DNA of 18,232 nucleotides from Candidatus Krumholzibacteriota bacterium (GCA_039714075.1 JBDLKA010000075.1:1-18232); one strand, 5' to 3'. Counted from the stretch's first letter, positions 7,497 to 15,368 are shown. Translations and numbers: made by a program. The notes: generated by a model not told the origin, from the sequence alone.

Positions 7497-10329
7497 GTTT
7501 TTCTTCCTTCTGTCTCTTCAAACCGGCCAGGATCTTTTCCGGGGTGATGGGCAGTTCGGTGACGCGCACCCCGCAGGCGTCGTAGATGGCGTTGCCGATG
7601 GCGCCGAGGATGGGCGGCAGGCAGCCCTCGCCGATTTCCTTGGCCCCGAACGGACCCCGCGGTTCGTAACTTTCGACGGCCTTGGAAATGATGTGCGGCG
7701 ACTCGGCAATCGTCGGCACCAGATAGCCGTGCAGATCCGGATTGACCAGCGACCCGTCCGGCCGGACCAGGGTGTCCTCCATCAGCGTTTCACCCAGGCC
7801 CATGATGATGCCGCCCTCGACCTGGCCGTGGAAGGTCACGGGATTGATCACGGTGCCGGAATCGCTGAAGTCGTAGAACCTGTCCACGTCGACGTACCCT
7901 GTTTCCAGGTCGACGGTGACCTCGCACACGGCGGTGGAAAAGCTGTAGGCGGGCGAGGTGCCCACCGCGGCTCCCTTGTAATTGCCGCCCAGGCCCGGCG
8001 GCGGCGAGTAGTGGCCGGTGCCCGTCACGGGTCCGCCGCGGGAGAAGACCTTCCGCGCGACTTCATCCCAGGCGATTTCCACCTCGGGGTGCTGGGAGAC
8101 GAAGATCTTTCCGTCCCGCGCTTCCAGCCCGTGGACATCGCAGCCCAGCATTTCGCCGGCCATCTTCAACAGCTGGGATTTCACCTCGGCCGCGGCCATG
8201 CGCACGGCGTTGCCGGCCATCAGCGTCACGCGGCTGGAATATGACCCCAGGTCCGTGGGCGCGAGCACCGAATCGCTTTCCACCAGCCAGATCCGGTGGT
8301 AGGGGATGCCCAGTTCTTCGGCCGCGATCTGGGGCAGGATGGTGTTGCAGCCCTGTCCGATTTCCGCCGCGGCGATGTGCAGCGAGGCGGCCATGCCGTC
8401 TTCGGACAAACGGATCAGGGCGTTGGAGTGCGGGAATTTCGAACGGTAGATGGGATAACCCGCGCCCGACACGAACCCTCCGCAGCCCACGCCGATGCCC
8501 TTGCCCTCGGGCAGTGATTTCCGCTTGGCGTCCCACTCGGTGAACTCGCGCGCCTGCTCCAGGGTGGCCGTGAACTCGCACGACGAGATGTCCAGGTCGT
8601 TGCAGGTCAGGGTGTCCGGCTGCATGGCGTTCTTCAGCCGCACGTCGAAGGGATCCAGGCCCAGCTTCTCGGCCGCCATGTCCATCAGCGTCTCGAAGGC
8701 GTAACGCGGCTGGGGCACGCCGTGGCCGCGCATGGCTCCGCTGGCCGGCAGGTTCGTGTACATGCGGAAGCCGTCGTATTTGTAGTTGGGAATGTTGTAC
8801 AGGGTCGGCACCATGGAACCGGCGTAGTAGGCGGTCACGATCCCGTACGAAGTGTAGGCGCCGCCGTCGAGCAGGATGTGACTCTGGCAGGCGGCGATGG
8901 AGCCGTCCTTCTTCAGCCCCAGCTTCATGTCGATGTACTGTTTGTGGCGGCCGCGGAAGTGGTGGACCATTTCCTCGCGGGAGTACTTCATCATCACCGG
9001 ACGGCCGGTCAGGCGGGCGAAGACCACCGCGCACAGATCCAGCGGCGTGGCCTCGGCCTTGACCCCGAAACCGCCGCCCACGCAGGGGCTGATGGTGCGG
9101 ATGTCGCCCTGGGGAATGTCGAACACCCGGTTGAGCATGTGCCGCAGATAATGGGGCGCCATGGAGGAGGACCAGATGGTCAGCTTGCCCGCGTGGTGTT
9201 CCCAGCGCGCGACCGCGGCGTGGGGTTCGATGGGGGACTGGAACGGCCGGTTGCCGATGAAGGTGTCCTCGACGATGACCTCGGCCTCGTCGAAGCCCTG
9301 GTCCACGTCGCCGAAGTGCCATTCAACGCGGGTGTTGATGTTGTTGGCGTACTTCTCTTCCTCGGGATGGATCTGCGGCGCGCCGTCCTTGATGGCCTCG
9401 CGTGGATCGAAAACCGCCGGCAGTTCTTCGTACTCGACCTTGATCAGCTTGACGGCCTCTTCGGCGGTGGTTTCGTCCTCGGCCACCACGGCCGCGACCT
9501 CGTCGCCGACATACCGCACGCGATCGACGGCCAGGATGTGCTCGTCGTACCGGGCGGGCGAGACCCCGTACTTAATTTCGGGCACATCCTTGGCCGTGAT
9601 GACCGCCAGCACGCCGGGCAGGGCCTCGGCGGCGCTGGTGTCGATGCTCTTTATCAGTCCGTGGGCGATGGTGCTGCCCAGCAACTTGCCGTGGACCATG
9701 TCCGGCAGTTTCAGGTCGGCGGTGTACTGCTCGCGGCCGGTGACCTTGTCCGGACCGTCATAGCGGGTTACGCCCTTGCCCACGACGCTGTGGTCGCGTT
9801 CCTGGTCGCGCTCGTCGTGTTCGCCGGGATCGGTATCCAGCTCGACGCCTTCGAATTTTTGCCAGTTGCCCACCGCTTCCATGACGCGCGGATAGGTGCC
9901 GCAGCGGCACAGGTTGCCGCCCAGGGCCTTCTTGATCTCGGCGGGCTCGGGCTTTGGGTTCTTCTCGATCAGTTCCAGGCTGGAAATGATCATGCCGGGG
10001 GTGCAAAAACCGCATTGCAGGGCGCCGTGCTTGATGAAGCTCTTCTGCAACGGATGCAGGTCGTTGCCGTCGGCCACGCCCTCGATAGTTTTGATCTCGG
10101 CCCCGTCGCAGGTGGCGGCCAGCACCAGGCACGAATTGACGGCCTTGCCGTTCATCAGCACGCTGCAGGCCCCGCAGTCGCCCACGTCGCAGCCGCTCTT
10201 GGTGCCGGTCAGCCCCAGATCTTCGCGGATGACCTGTTTGAGGGTGGCCTCCGGCGGCACGGCCAGCATGTGGCGCCGTTCGTTCACGGTGATGGTGATC
10301 ATTACGGCTTGTTCGTTCCGGCGGCCCAT
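7489..10329 (-). CDS. Xanthine-oxidase-family molybdoenzyme, fused 2x[2Fe-2S] and molybdopterin-binding subunit; 4-hydroxybenzoyl-CoA reductase gamma+alpha-like
   Basis: N-terminal GTKSGCDVGDCGAC...NSC and QCGFCTPG...NLCRC. Mo domain has GGGFG, GGAY.SYG, YTN.P..GAMRGHG, FVSG, IGQG.NT, D.GSYSSRVT.M.GNA and GPFGAKEIGEG, resembling recalled HcrA. Start 10329 by TGATG overlap (10302 also possible). Confidence 0.8.
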   Translation of the reverse strand: MGRRNEQAVMITITVNERRHMLAVPPEATLKQVIREDLGLTGTKSGCDVGDCGACSVLMNGKAVNSCLVLAATCDGAEIKTIEGVADGNDLHPLQKSFIKHGALQCGFCTPGMIISSLELIEKNPKPEPAEIKKALGGNLCRCGTYPRVMEAVGNWQKFEGVELDTDPGEHDERDQERDHSVVGKGVTRYDGPDKVTGREQYTADLKLPDMVHGKLLGSTIAHGLIKSIDTSAAEALPGVLAVITAKDVPEIKYGVSPARYDEHILAVDRVRYVGDEVAAVVAEDETTAEEAVKLIKVEYEELPAVFDPREAIKDGAPQIHPEEEKYANNINTRVEWHFGDVDQGFDEAEVIVEDTFIGNRPFQSPIEPHAAVARWEHHAGKLTIWSSSMAPHYLRHMLNRVFDIPQGDIRTISPCVGGGFGVKAEATPLDLCAVVFARLTGRPVMMKYSREEMVHHFRGRHKQYIDMKLGLKKDGSIAACQSHILLDGGAYTSYGIVTAYYAGSMVPTLYNIPNYKYDGFRMYTNLPASGAMRGHGVPQPRYAFETLMDMAAEKLGLDPFDVRLKNAMQPDTLTCNDLDISSCEFTATLEQAREFTEWDAKRKSLPEGKGIGVGCGGFVSGAGYPIYRSKFPHSNALIRLSEDGMAASLHIAAAEIGQGCNTILPQIAAEELGIPYHRIWLVESDSVLAPTDLGSYSSRVTLMAGNAVRMAAAEVKSQLLKMAGEMLGCDVHGLEARDGKIFVSQHPEVEIAWDEVARKVFSRGGPVTGTGHYSPPPGLGGNYKGAAVGTSPAYSFSTAVCEVTVDLETGYVDVDRFYDFSDSGTVINPVTFHGQVEGGIIMGLGETLMEDTLVRPDGSLVNPDLHGYLVPTIAESPHIISKAVESYEPRGPFGAKEIGEGCLPPILGAIGNAIYDACGVRVTELPITPEKILAGLKRQKEEKRG

Positions 10330-11204
10330 CAGCACTTCCCTTCCGCACGTTCGCACGCCTGCGTCAGCGCGCGGGCGGTCAACACCTGGACCACGTCGCG
10401 GCGGTACTGTTCGCTGCCGCGCAGGTCGGAGATCGGTTGCGCCTCGGCGGCGGCCTGGGCGCCGGCTTCGGCAAAGAGTTCGTCGCCGGGGTTTTTTCCA
10501 GCCAGCAGGTCGGCGGCTTTTGTGGCCGACAAGGGGACAGGTCCCACCGAACCGAGATAGATGCGGGCTTCGGCGATGATCCGGTCTTCCATGCGGACCC
10601 AGGCGGCGACCGAGGCCACGGCCAGCGCGGAACCCCGCCGCAGGGAAAAGCGCTGGAAACTGGCGCCGGCTCCTGTCGGCTGTTTGGGAAAGCGGATCTC
10701 GGTAAGGATCTCGCCGGGATTGAGCACCGTCACCCGCGGGGCGAGCACGAACTCACGGGCGGCCACGGTGCGGCTGCCGTCGGTTCCGGTGAGCACGACT
10801 TCGGCGTCGGCGGCGCAGGAAATGGGCGGGGTATCCGAACAGGGCACGCCGCAGCAGAAATTCCCGCCCATGGTGCCCAGATTGCGGATCTGGCGGCCGG
10901 CCATGGTCTCGATCGCGTCGCTCAGGGCGGGGAAATGGGATTTCACTTCAGCGGACTCGGCGATCTCGCTCAAGGGCACCAGCGCCCCGATGCGCAGCAC
11001 ATCCTCTTCCCTGGTGATGTGTTTCAGTTCGTCCAATCCCCCCAGGGAGATCACGTGGCACACGGACTTGCGGCCCGAGCGCAGATCCACCAGCAATTCG
11101 GTCCCACCGGCCAGATAGGCCGATTTGCGGCCGTATTCGAGGCCCAGGGCGCAAGCTTCGGCGGTGGTCGAGGGCTGATGATAGTTGAAACGACCAAAAG
11201 ACAT
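10329..11204 (-). CDS. FAD-binding subunit (CoxM/XdhB/HcrB-like) of the molybdoenzyme
   Basis: LAGGTEL, LRIGAL, QIRNLGTMGGN, PGEIL.EI and PISDLRGSEQYRR. First gene of the operon. Confidence 0.9.
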   Translation of the reverse strand: MSFGRFNYHQPSTTAEACALGLEYGRKSAYLAGGTELLVDLRSGRKSVCHVISLGGLDELKHITREEDVLRIGALVPLSEIAESAEVKSHFPALSDAIETMAGRQIRNLGTMGGNFCCGVPCSDTPPISCAADAEVVLTGTDGSRTVAAREFVLAPRVTVLNPGEILTEIRFPKQPTGAGASFQRFSLRRGSALAVASVAAWVRMEDRIIAEARIYLGSVGPVPLSATKAADLLAGKNPGDELFAEAGAQAAAEAQPISDLRGSEQYRRDVVQVLTARALTQACERAEGKC

Positions 11205-11251
11205 GTAGTTACGTCGCCTTTGTGGATGAGATGCGGGTGAGGTGATGGATT

Positions 11252-11267
11252 TCGAACTGACGTTCGA
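11252..11267. promoter_or_regulatory. Inverted-repeat operator TCGAAC-N4-GTTCGA
   Basis: Perfect 6-4-6 inverted repeat immediately downstream of the minus-strand -10 box, covering the predicted start site of the large operon. Confidence 0.6.
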
Positions 11268-11268
11268 T

Positions 11269-11298
11269 AGACTACGCCAAACGGGGGTGCCGGGTCAA
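11269..11298 (-). promoter_or_regulatory. Sigma70-type promoter of the hcr...had operon
   Basis: Minus strand TTGACC (11298-11293), 18 nt, TAGTCT (11274-11269), with an AT-rich tract upstream. Confidence 0.6.
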
Positions 11299-11386
11299 TA
11301 AAAATCGGGGTTCAAAAAGTGACGGTGACGCTCCTCCCGAAACATTTCCCCCAATAAGTTTAAATGCATTATTTTCTTAACTTTAC

Positions 11387-11415
11387 TTGCCTTTTTCGCT
11401 AAATTTTCGTATATT
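11387..11415 (+). promoter_or_regulatory. Sigma70-type promoter of the HNH gene
   Basis: TTGCCT (11387-11392), 17 nt, TATATT (11410-11415), in an AT-rich island 40 nt before ATG 11456. Confidence 0.6.
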
Positions 11416-11455
11416 GATTTCACCTCCCAAAGGACCCATTTCCAAGGATGGAATC

Positions 11456-12535
11456 ATGCCCAATATACTCGAATTTCGCCCCAATCTGGGTGCCGACCAA
11501 GCCCATATCGCCCTTAAAGACAGTATTGAGACCCTGGACCATGCCCAGCATTGTGCCCTGCTGTGGTTCGGCGAGATCATGCGCCGAAAGCTGTTCCGCG
11601 ACCTGGGGTACGGCACCATGCGTTCCTATGCCACCGAAGCGCTTGGATTCTCCCCGACCCGGGCCGGGGATTTCATACGTCTGGCCAGGAAACTGGAATC
11701 TTTGCCGATGGTGAAAGAGGAAGTGGCCGCCGGCAAGCTGGGCTACACCAAGGCGCGCGAGATTGCTTCGGTGGCCGACCCGACCAACGAGAAGGAATGG
11801 GTGAAGGTGGCGAAGGAGAAATCACGGCGCGAACTGGAGGCCACGGTCCGGCGGGCGAAAAAACAGGCTGTCCAGGAACGTCGAGAGAACCCCGCCCAGA
11901 GTGAGTTGATGCCGCGGCCGGAATCGCCCGCGCCCCCGGCGGCTGTGCCCGTGCGCGTGGGGTTCGAACTCACTCCGGCCCAGTATGCCCGTTACGAGGC
12001 GATGCTCGCGAAGATCGGGCACCGCGGCAGCAAGGCCGACCTGTTGCTTGAGATGGTCGAGGCGCTGTTGACCAAAGACGAAAACGCCCCCCGGGGGGCG
12101 TTTGCCGATCCCCACTATCAGATCCACGTCCACGAATGTCCGGCCTGCGCCAAGGCCACCGTCCAAACGCCGCCCGGTGAAATGGAGCTCACAAAACCCG
12201 AGGTCGAAACCGCCAGGTGCGACGCTCGAATCCACGAATCAGGCAAGCGCAACAAAGCCACCATTCCGCCCCGGATCCGCCGCGAGGTCCTGGCCCGCGA
12301 TCGGCACCACTGCCGCCGCAAGGGGTGCCACCACACCAGGTTTCTGGATATCCACCACATCGTCCCACGGTCGGCGGGCGGTAACAACGATCCGGAAAAC
12401 CTGGTCACGCTGTGCCCCGCCTGCCACGCCCTGTGTCATGAGCGCGGGGGAAATCTGGGCGGAATTTTGACTCAACCGTCGGAAGATACCGGTGCCGCAA
12501 ACCCCAGCACGTACCCGTCGGCGTCCAGGCAATAA
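11456..12535 (+). CDS. HNH endonuclease with DUF222-like helical N-terminal region (probable selfish/mobile gene)
   Basis: C-terminal IPPRIRREVLARD...C...GC....LDIHHIVPRS.GG.ND.ENLVTLC..CH...H, N-terminal LGY...Y..E.LG..P...IRLAR.L..LP.......GKLGYTK, and an internal CPAC. ATG 11456 preferred because TTG 11387 is the -35 box. Confidence 0.85.
   Translation: MPNILEFRPNLGADQAHIALKDSIETLDHAQHCALLWFGEIMRRKLFRDLGYGTMRSYATEALGFSPTRAGDFIRLARKLESLPMVKEEVAAGKLGYTKAREIASVADPTNEKEWVKVAKEKSRRELEATVRRAKKQAVQERRENPAQSELMPRPESPAPPAAVPVRVGFELTPAQYARYEAMLAKIGHRGSKADLLLEMVEALLTKDENAPRGAFADPHYQIHVHECPACAKATVQTPPGEMELTKPEVETARCDARIHESGKRNKATIPPRIRREVLARDRHHCRRKGCHHTRFLDIHHIVPRSAGGNNDPENLVTLCPACHALCHERGGNLGGILTQPSEDTGAANPSTYPSASRQ
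12081..12103. repeat. 22-bp perfect palindrome AAACGCCCCCCGGGGGGCGTTT (12082-12103) inside the HNH gene; 18-mer repeated at 12882-12899
   Basis: Read directly. AAAACGCCCCCCGGGGGG occurs at 12081-12098 and 12882-12899. Confidence 0.85.
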
Positions 12536-12855
12536 CCCGCCAGGTCGCCCCAGTCACGGGCAGCACATTCACTGAGCAGCCGGGCCCCCGCCGTGACCGC
12601 CCGTCGCAGGCACGCCCGCGGGTCGTCGACCAGCAGGTAGACCTCCGCGCGCAGGCCGCCATCACCGAAAGCCGGCTCGGGCAACGCCTCGCCCAGCAAC
12701 TTCTGGATCCCGGCCTCGGGCATCAGACCCAGCGATGACCCGTCCAGCAATTCAAACTCGGTCATACCCGGCACATCCAGCACCGGCTCCCGCTCCAGAA
12801 TGGCGGCGTAAAAATCCCGGCTGGCCTGCTGGTCGGACACGTAAAGGATGAACAT
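12472..12855 (-). CDS. VOC/glyoxalase family protein
   Basis: MFILYVSDQQASRDFY..IL..P.LDVPGMTEF...EVYLLVDD...WGD.AGYCLDADG. ATG 12855 has an AGGAG RBS; the track's 5' extension runs through a terminator. Confidence 0.82.
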   Translation of the reverse strand: MFILYVSDQQASRDFYAAILEREPVLDVPGMTEFELLDGSSLGLMPEAGIQKLLGEALPEPAFGDGGLRAEVYLLVDDPRACLRRAVTAGARLLSECAARDWGDLAGYCLDADGYVLGFAAPVSSDG

Positions 12856-12879
12856 GGCGGACTTCTCCTGCGACAATGG

Positions 12880-12913
12880 AAAAAACGCCCCCCGGGGGGT
12901 GGACCCGGGGGGC
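12880..12913 (-). terminator. Intrinsic terminator after oah
   Basis: Minus strand GCCCCCCGGG-TCCACCC-CCCGGGGGGC-GTTTTTT (10-bp stem plus U tract), about 30 nt after the oah stop. Confidence 0.7.
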
Positions 12914-12942
12914 AATCGTCATCAACAACCGGGCCGAACGGC

Positions 12943-14076
12943 CTACGCTTTCTTCGGCTTCGGCAGCACGGCGGCGAACAGCTCGTCGTCCATCATTGCC
13001 CCGGCCGCGATCAGCTGCCGGTACTGGATGAAGTCGATGGTGTCGATGCCGGTCATCTTGCGGCTGTTGAACGCGGTGAAGCCCAGGAAGGCCTCGCCGG
13101 TCATGTTCGCGGCCAGCCAGTGGCGGTTGGCGAGCTTGGTCTGGTCCCAGAAGAACTTCTTCTTGGCCCGGATGCCGTCGATGGACTTGATCAGGCAACC
13201 GGGGAACAGATTGGCGAACCGCCAGACGATCCTGTCGATCTCCGCGTCCAGACCACTGAAGTCGACCTCGCCGGATTTGAGAACTTCGCGAGCCGCGCGC
13301 CCGTCATCGCCGGTCTTCATGTCGCCGTAGACGATGTCGCCGCCGGCGACGTAATCCTCGGTGACCACGCCGGGGTTGCGCACGATGTCGCCGCCGACCC
13401 GGAGCACGGGCACCGCGGCGGTGATCAGGCCCTTGAGCTTCATCTTGTAGGACGACCACATCTCGCACGAGATGCAGTTCCACATGGCGTCCTCGGTGGG
13501 CAGCATCCAGGGCAGAAAGTCGGTGCTGCCGCCGTCGGGAGCCGAACCGTGTTTGGGGCCGGCCTGGCCGAAGATGGCCAGATCCGACGATACGGTCAGG
13601 TCGCAGGCCATGCCGATTTCCTGTCCGCCGGCGATGCGCATGCCGTTCACACGGCAGATGGTCGGCTTCTTGCAGCCCAGGATGCCGTCGACCATGGCGT
13701 TGAACAGGTCCATGTACTCGCCGTATTCGTTGGGCCGGCGGCTGTAGTACTCGGCGTACTCCTTGGTATTGCCGCCGGTGCAGAAGGCCTTGTCGCCCGC
13801 GCCGGTGAAGATCACCGCGACCACCGACCGGTCCGACGAGGCGGCCTGGAAACCGGCGATCACGCCCTTGACCATCTCGGTGGTGTAGGAGTTGTACTGG
13901 GCGGGGTTGTTCAGGGTGATCCAGGCGGTGAAAAGGCCGTCGACAACCTTGCCGTCCGCGTCGGTCACCGGACGTTTTTCATAAACCGTGCACGGGGCCT
14001 CGGTGCCCCAGTGCTCGGTGCCGAAAAGGGCGTGGTTCTTGATCTCGTCGTCGCGGGGCAACCATTCCAGTGACAT
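12943..14076 (-). CDS. oah: 6-oxocyclohex-1-ene-1-carbonyl-CoA hydrolase (Oah/BamA/BzdY)
   Basis: NNPAQYNSYTT.MVKGVI, FCTGGNTKEYAEYY, RVNGMRI.GGQEIGMACD, FGQAGPKHGSAP.GG.TDFLP and WLA.NM.GEA.LGF.AFN, all hallmark BamA/Oah segments. Confidence 0.95.
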   Translation of the reverse strand: MSLEWLPRDDEIKNHALFGTEHWGTEAPCTVYEKRPVTDADGKVVDGLFTAWITLNNPAQYNSYTTEMVKGVIAGFQAASSDRSVVAVIFTGAGDKAFCTGGNTKEYAEYYSRRPNEYGEYMDLFNAMVDGILGCKKPTICRVNGMRIAGGQEIGMACDLTVSSDLAIFGQAGPKHGSAPDGGSTDFLPWMLPTEDAMWNCISCEMWSSYKMKLKGLITAAVPVLRVGGDIVRNPGVVTEDYVAGGDIVYGDMKTGDDGRAAREVLKSGEVDFSGLDAEIDRIVWRFANLFPGCLIKSIDGIRAKKKFFWDQTKLANRHWLAANMTGEAFLGFTAFNSRKMTGIDTIDFIQYRQLIAAGAMMDDELFAAVLPKPKKA

Positions 14077-14108
14077 GGGACCGTCTCCTTAAAGGCTGAA
14101 GTCGAAAA

Positions 14109-15275
14109 CTATCGAAATGACGGAATACCGGTGATCTCGGCGCCAACGATGAGCGTGTGAATATCGTGGGTGCCCTCGTAGGTGATGACCGATTCCAGGT
14201 TGGTCATGTGCCGTCCGGGCGAGAACTCGTCGGTGATGCCGGCGGCGCCCAGGATGTCCCGCGCCGTGCGCGCGCAATCGAGGGCCATGGCCACGTTGTT
14301 GCGCTTGGCCAGCGAAACGATCGGCGTGGGATTGATGCCGTCGTCCTTCAGCCGTCCCATCTGCAGGCACAGGCCCTGGGCCTTGGTGATCTCCGTCAGC
14401 ATGATCACGAGCTTCTGCTGCACCAGTTGGAACGAGGCAATGGGTTTGCCGAACTGCTCACGTTCGCCGGCGTAGCGCAGGGCGGTGTCGTAGCAGTCGG
14501 CGGCCGACCCGACCACGCCCCAGGCGATGCCGTACCGCGCCTGGTTCAGGCAGTTCAGCGGCGCCTTCAGGCCGATGGCGTCGGGCAGGCGGTTGCTGTC
14601 GGGAACGCGCACGTCGTCGAAGACCAGTTCGCCGGTGTCGCTGGCCCGCAGGCTGTATTTGCCGTGGATGGGGTTGGTCGAAAACCCGTCCATGCCGCGT
14701 TCGACCAGGAACCCGCGCACGCCTTCTTCGGTGCGGGCCCAGACCACGGCCACATCGGACAGGTTGGCGTTGGTGATCCAAAGTTTGGAACCGTTCAGGA
14801 TCCAGCCGTCGCCATCCTTCACCGCGCGGGTGTCCATGCTGCCGGGATCCGAGCCGTGATTGGCCTCGGTCAGCCCGAAACAGCCGACTTTCCGGCCCGC
14901 GGCCAGGTCCGGCAGCCAGCGTTCCTTCTGCTCGTCGGTGCCGAAGTTGGCGATGGGCCACATGACCAGGCTGCCCTGCACGGAAGCGAAGCTGCGCAGG
15001 CCGCTGTCGCCGCGTTCCAGTTCCTCGCAGATGATCCCGTACATGGTGCCGCTCAACCCGGGACAGCCGGGGCCCTTGATGCTCGAGCCCAGCAGGCCCA
15101 GGGACCCCAGTTCGGGGATGAGTTCGGTAGGAAAGGTGCCGGCCTTGAAGTGTTCGCGCACCAGCGGCATGAAGCGGCGTTCCACGAACTGGCGCACGGT
15201 GTCGCGCACGCTGCGTTCCTCGTCGCTGAAATTACGGGAAAACCGGTAGAAATCGACGCCCTGGTAGTCTGCCAT
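14109..15275 (-). CDS. gcdH: Glutaryl-CoA dehydrogenase (decarboxylating type)
   Basis: ELERGDSGLRSFASVQGSLVM.PI, FGLTE.NHGSDPGSM, LNQARYGIAWG, KRNN and TYEGTHDIH. ATG 15275 preferred. Confidence 0.88.
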   Translation of the reverse strand: MADYQGVDFYRFSRNFSDEERSVRDTVRQFVERRFMPLVREHFKAGTFPTELIPELGSLGLLGSSIKGPGCPGLSGTMYGIICEELERGDSGLRSFASVQGSLVMWPIANFGTDEQKERWLPDLAAGRKVGCFGLTEANHGSDPGSMDTRAVKDGDGWILNGSKLWITNANLSDVAVVWARTEEGVRGFLVERGMDGFSTNPIHGKYSLRASDTGELVFDDVRVPDSNRLPDAIGLKAPLNCLNQARYGIAWGVVGSAADCYDTALRYAGEREQFGKPIASFQLVQQKLVIMLTEITKAQGLCLQMGRLKDDGINPTPIVSLAKRNNVAMALDCARTARDILGAAGITDEFSPGRHMTNLESVITYEGTHDIHTLIVGAEITGIPSFR

Positions 15276-15339
15276 GCATCCTGACCTTGTTGGAATTGCG
15301 GAAGAATTAACTCCCAAGGTGTTTTTTTGGCCAAGGCGC

Positions 15340-15368
15340 ACCATATCGGGTTTGGGAGGGGATTGCAA
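15340..15368 (-). promoter_or_regulatory. Sigma70-type promoter of gcdH-oah
   Basis: Minus strand TTGCAA (15368-15363), 17 nt, TATGGT (15345-15340). Confidence 0.55.

Noticed and set aside
11344..12454. 9-bp inverted pair ATTTCCCCC (11344-11352) / GGGGGAAAT (12446-12454) bracketing the HNH gene as possible terminal repeats
   Set aside because: Too short, does not extend, and has no flanking target duplication; compatible with chance.
11456..12535. HNH gene as an IscB/Cas9-like RNA-guided nuclease
   Set aside because: No RuvC or PLMP motifs, no CRISPR array, and no evident structured RNA beside it.
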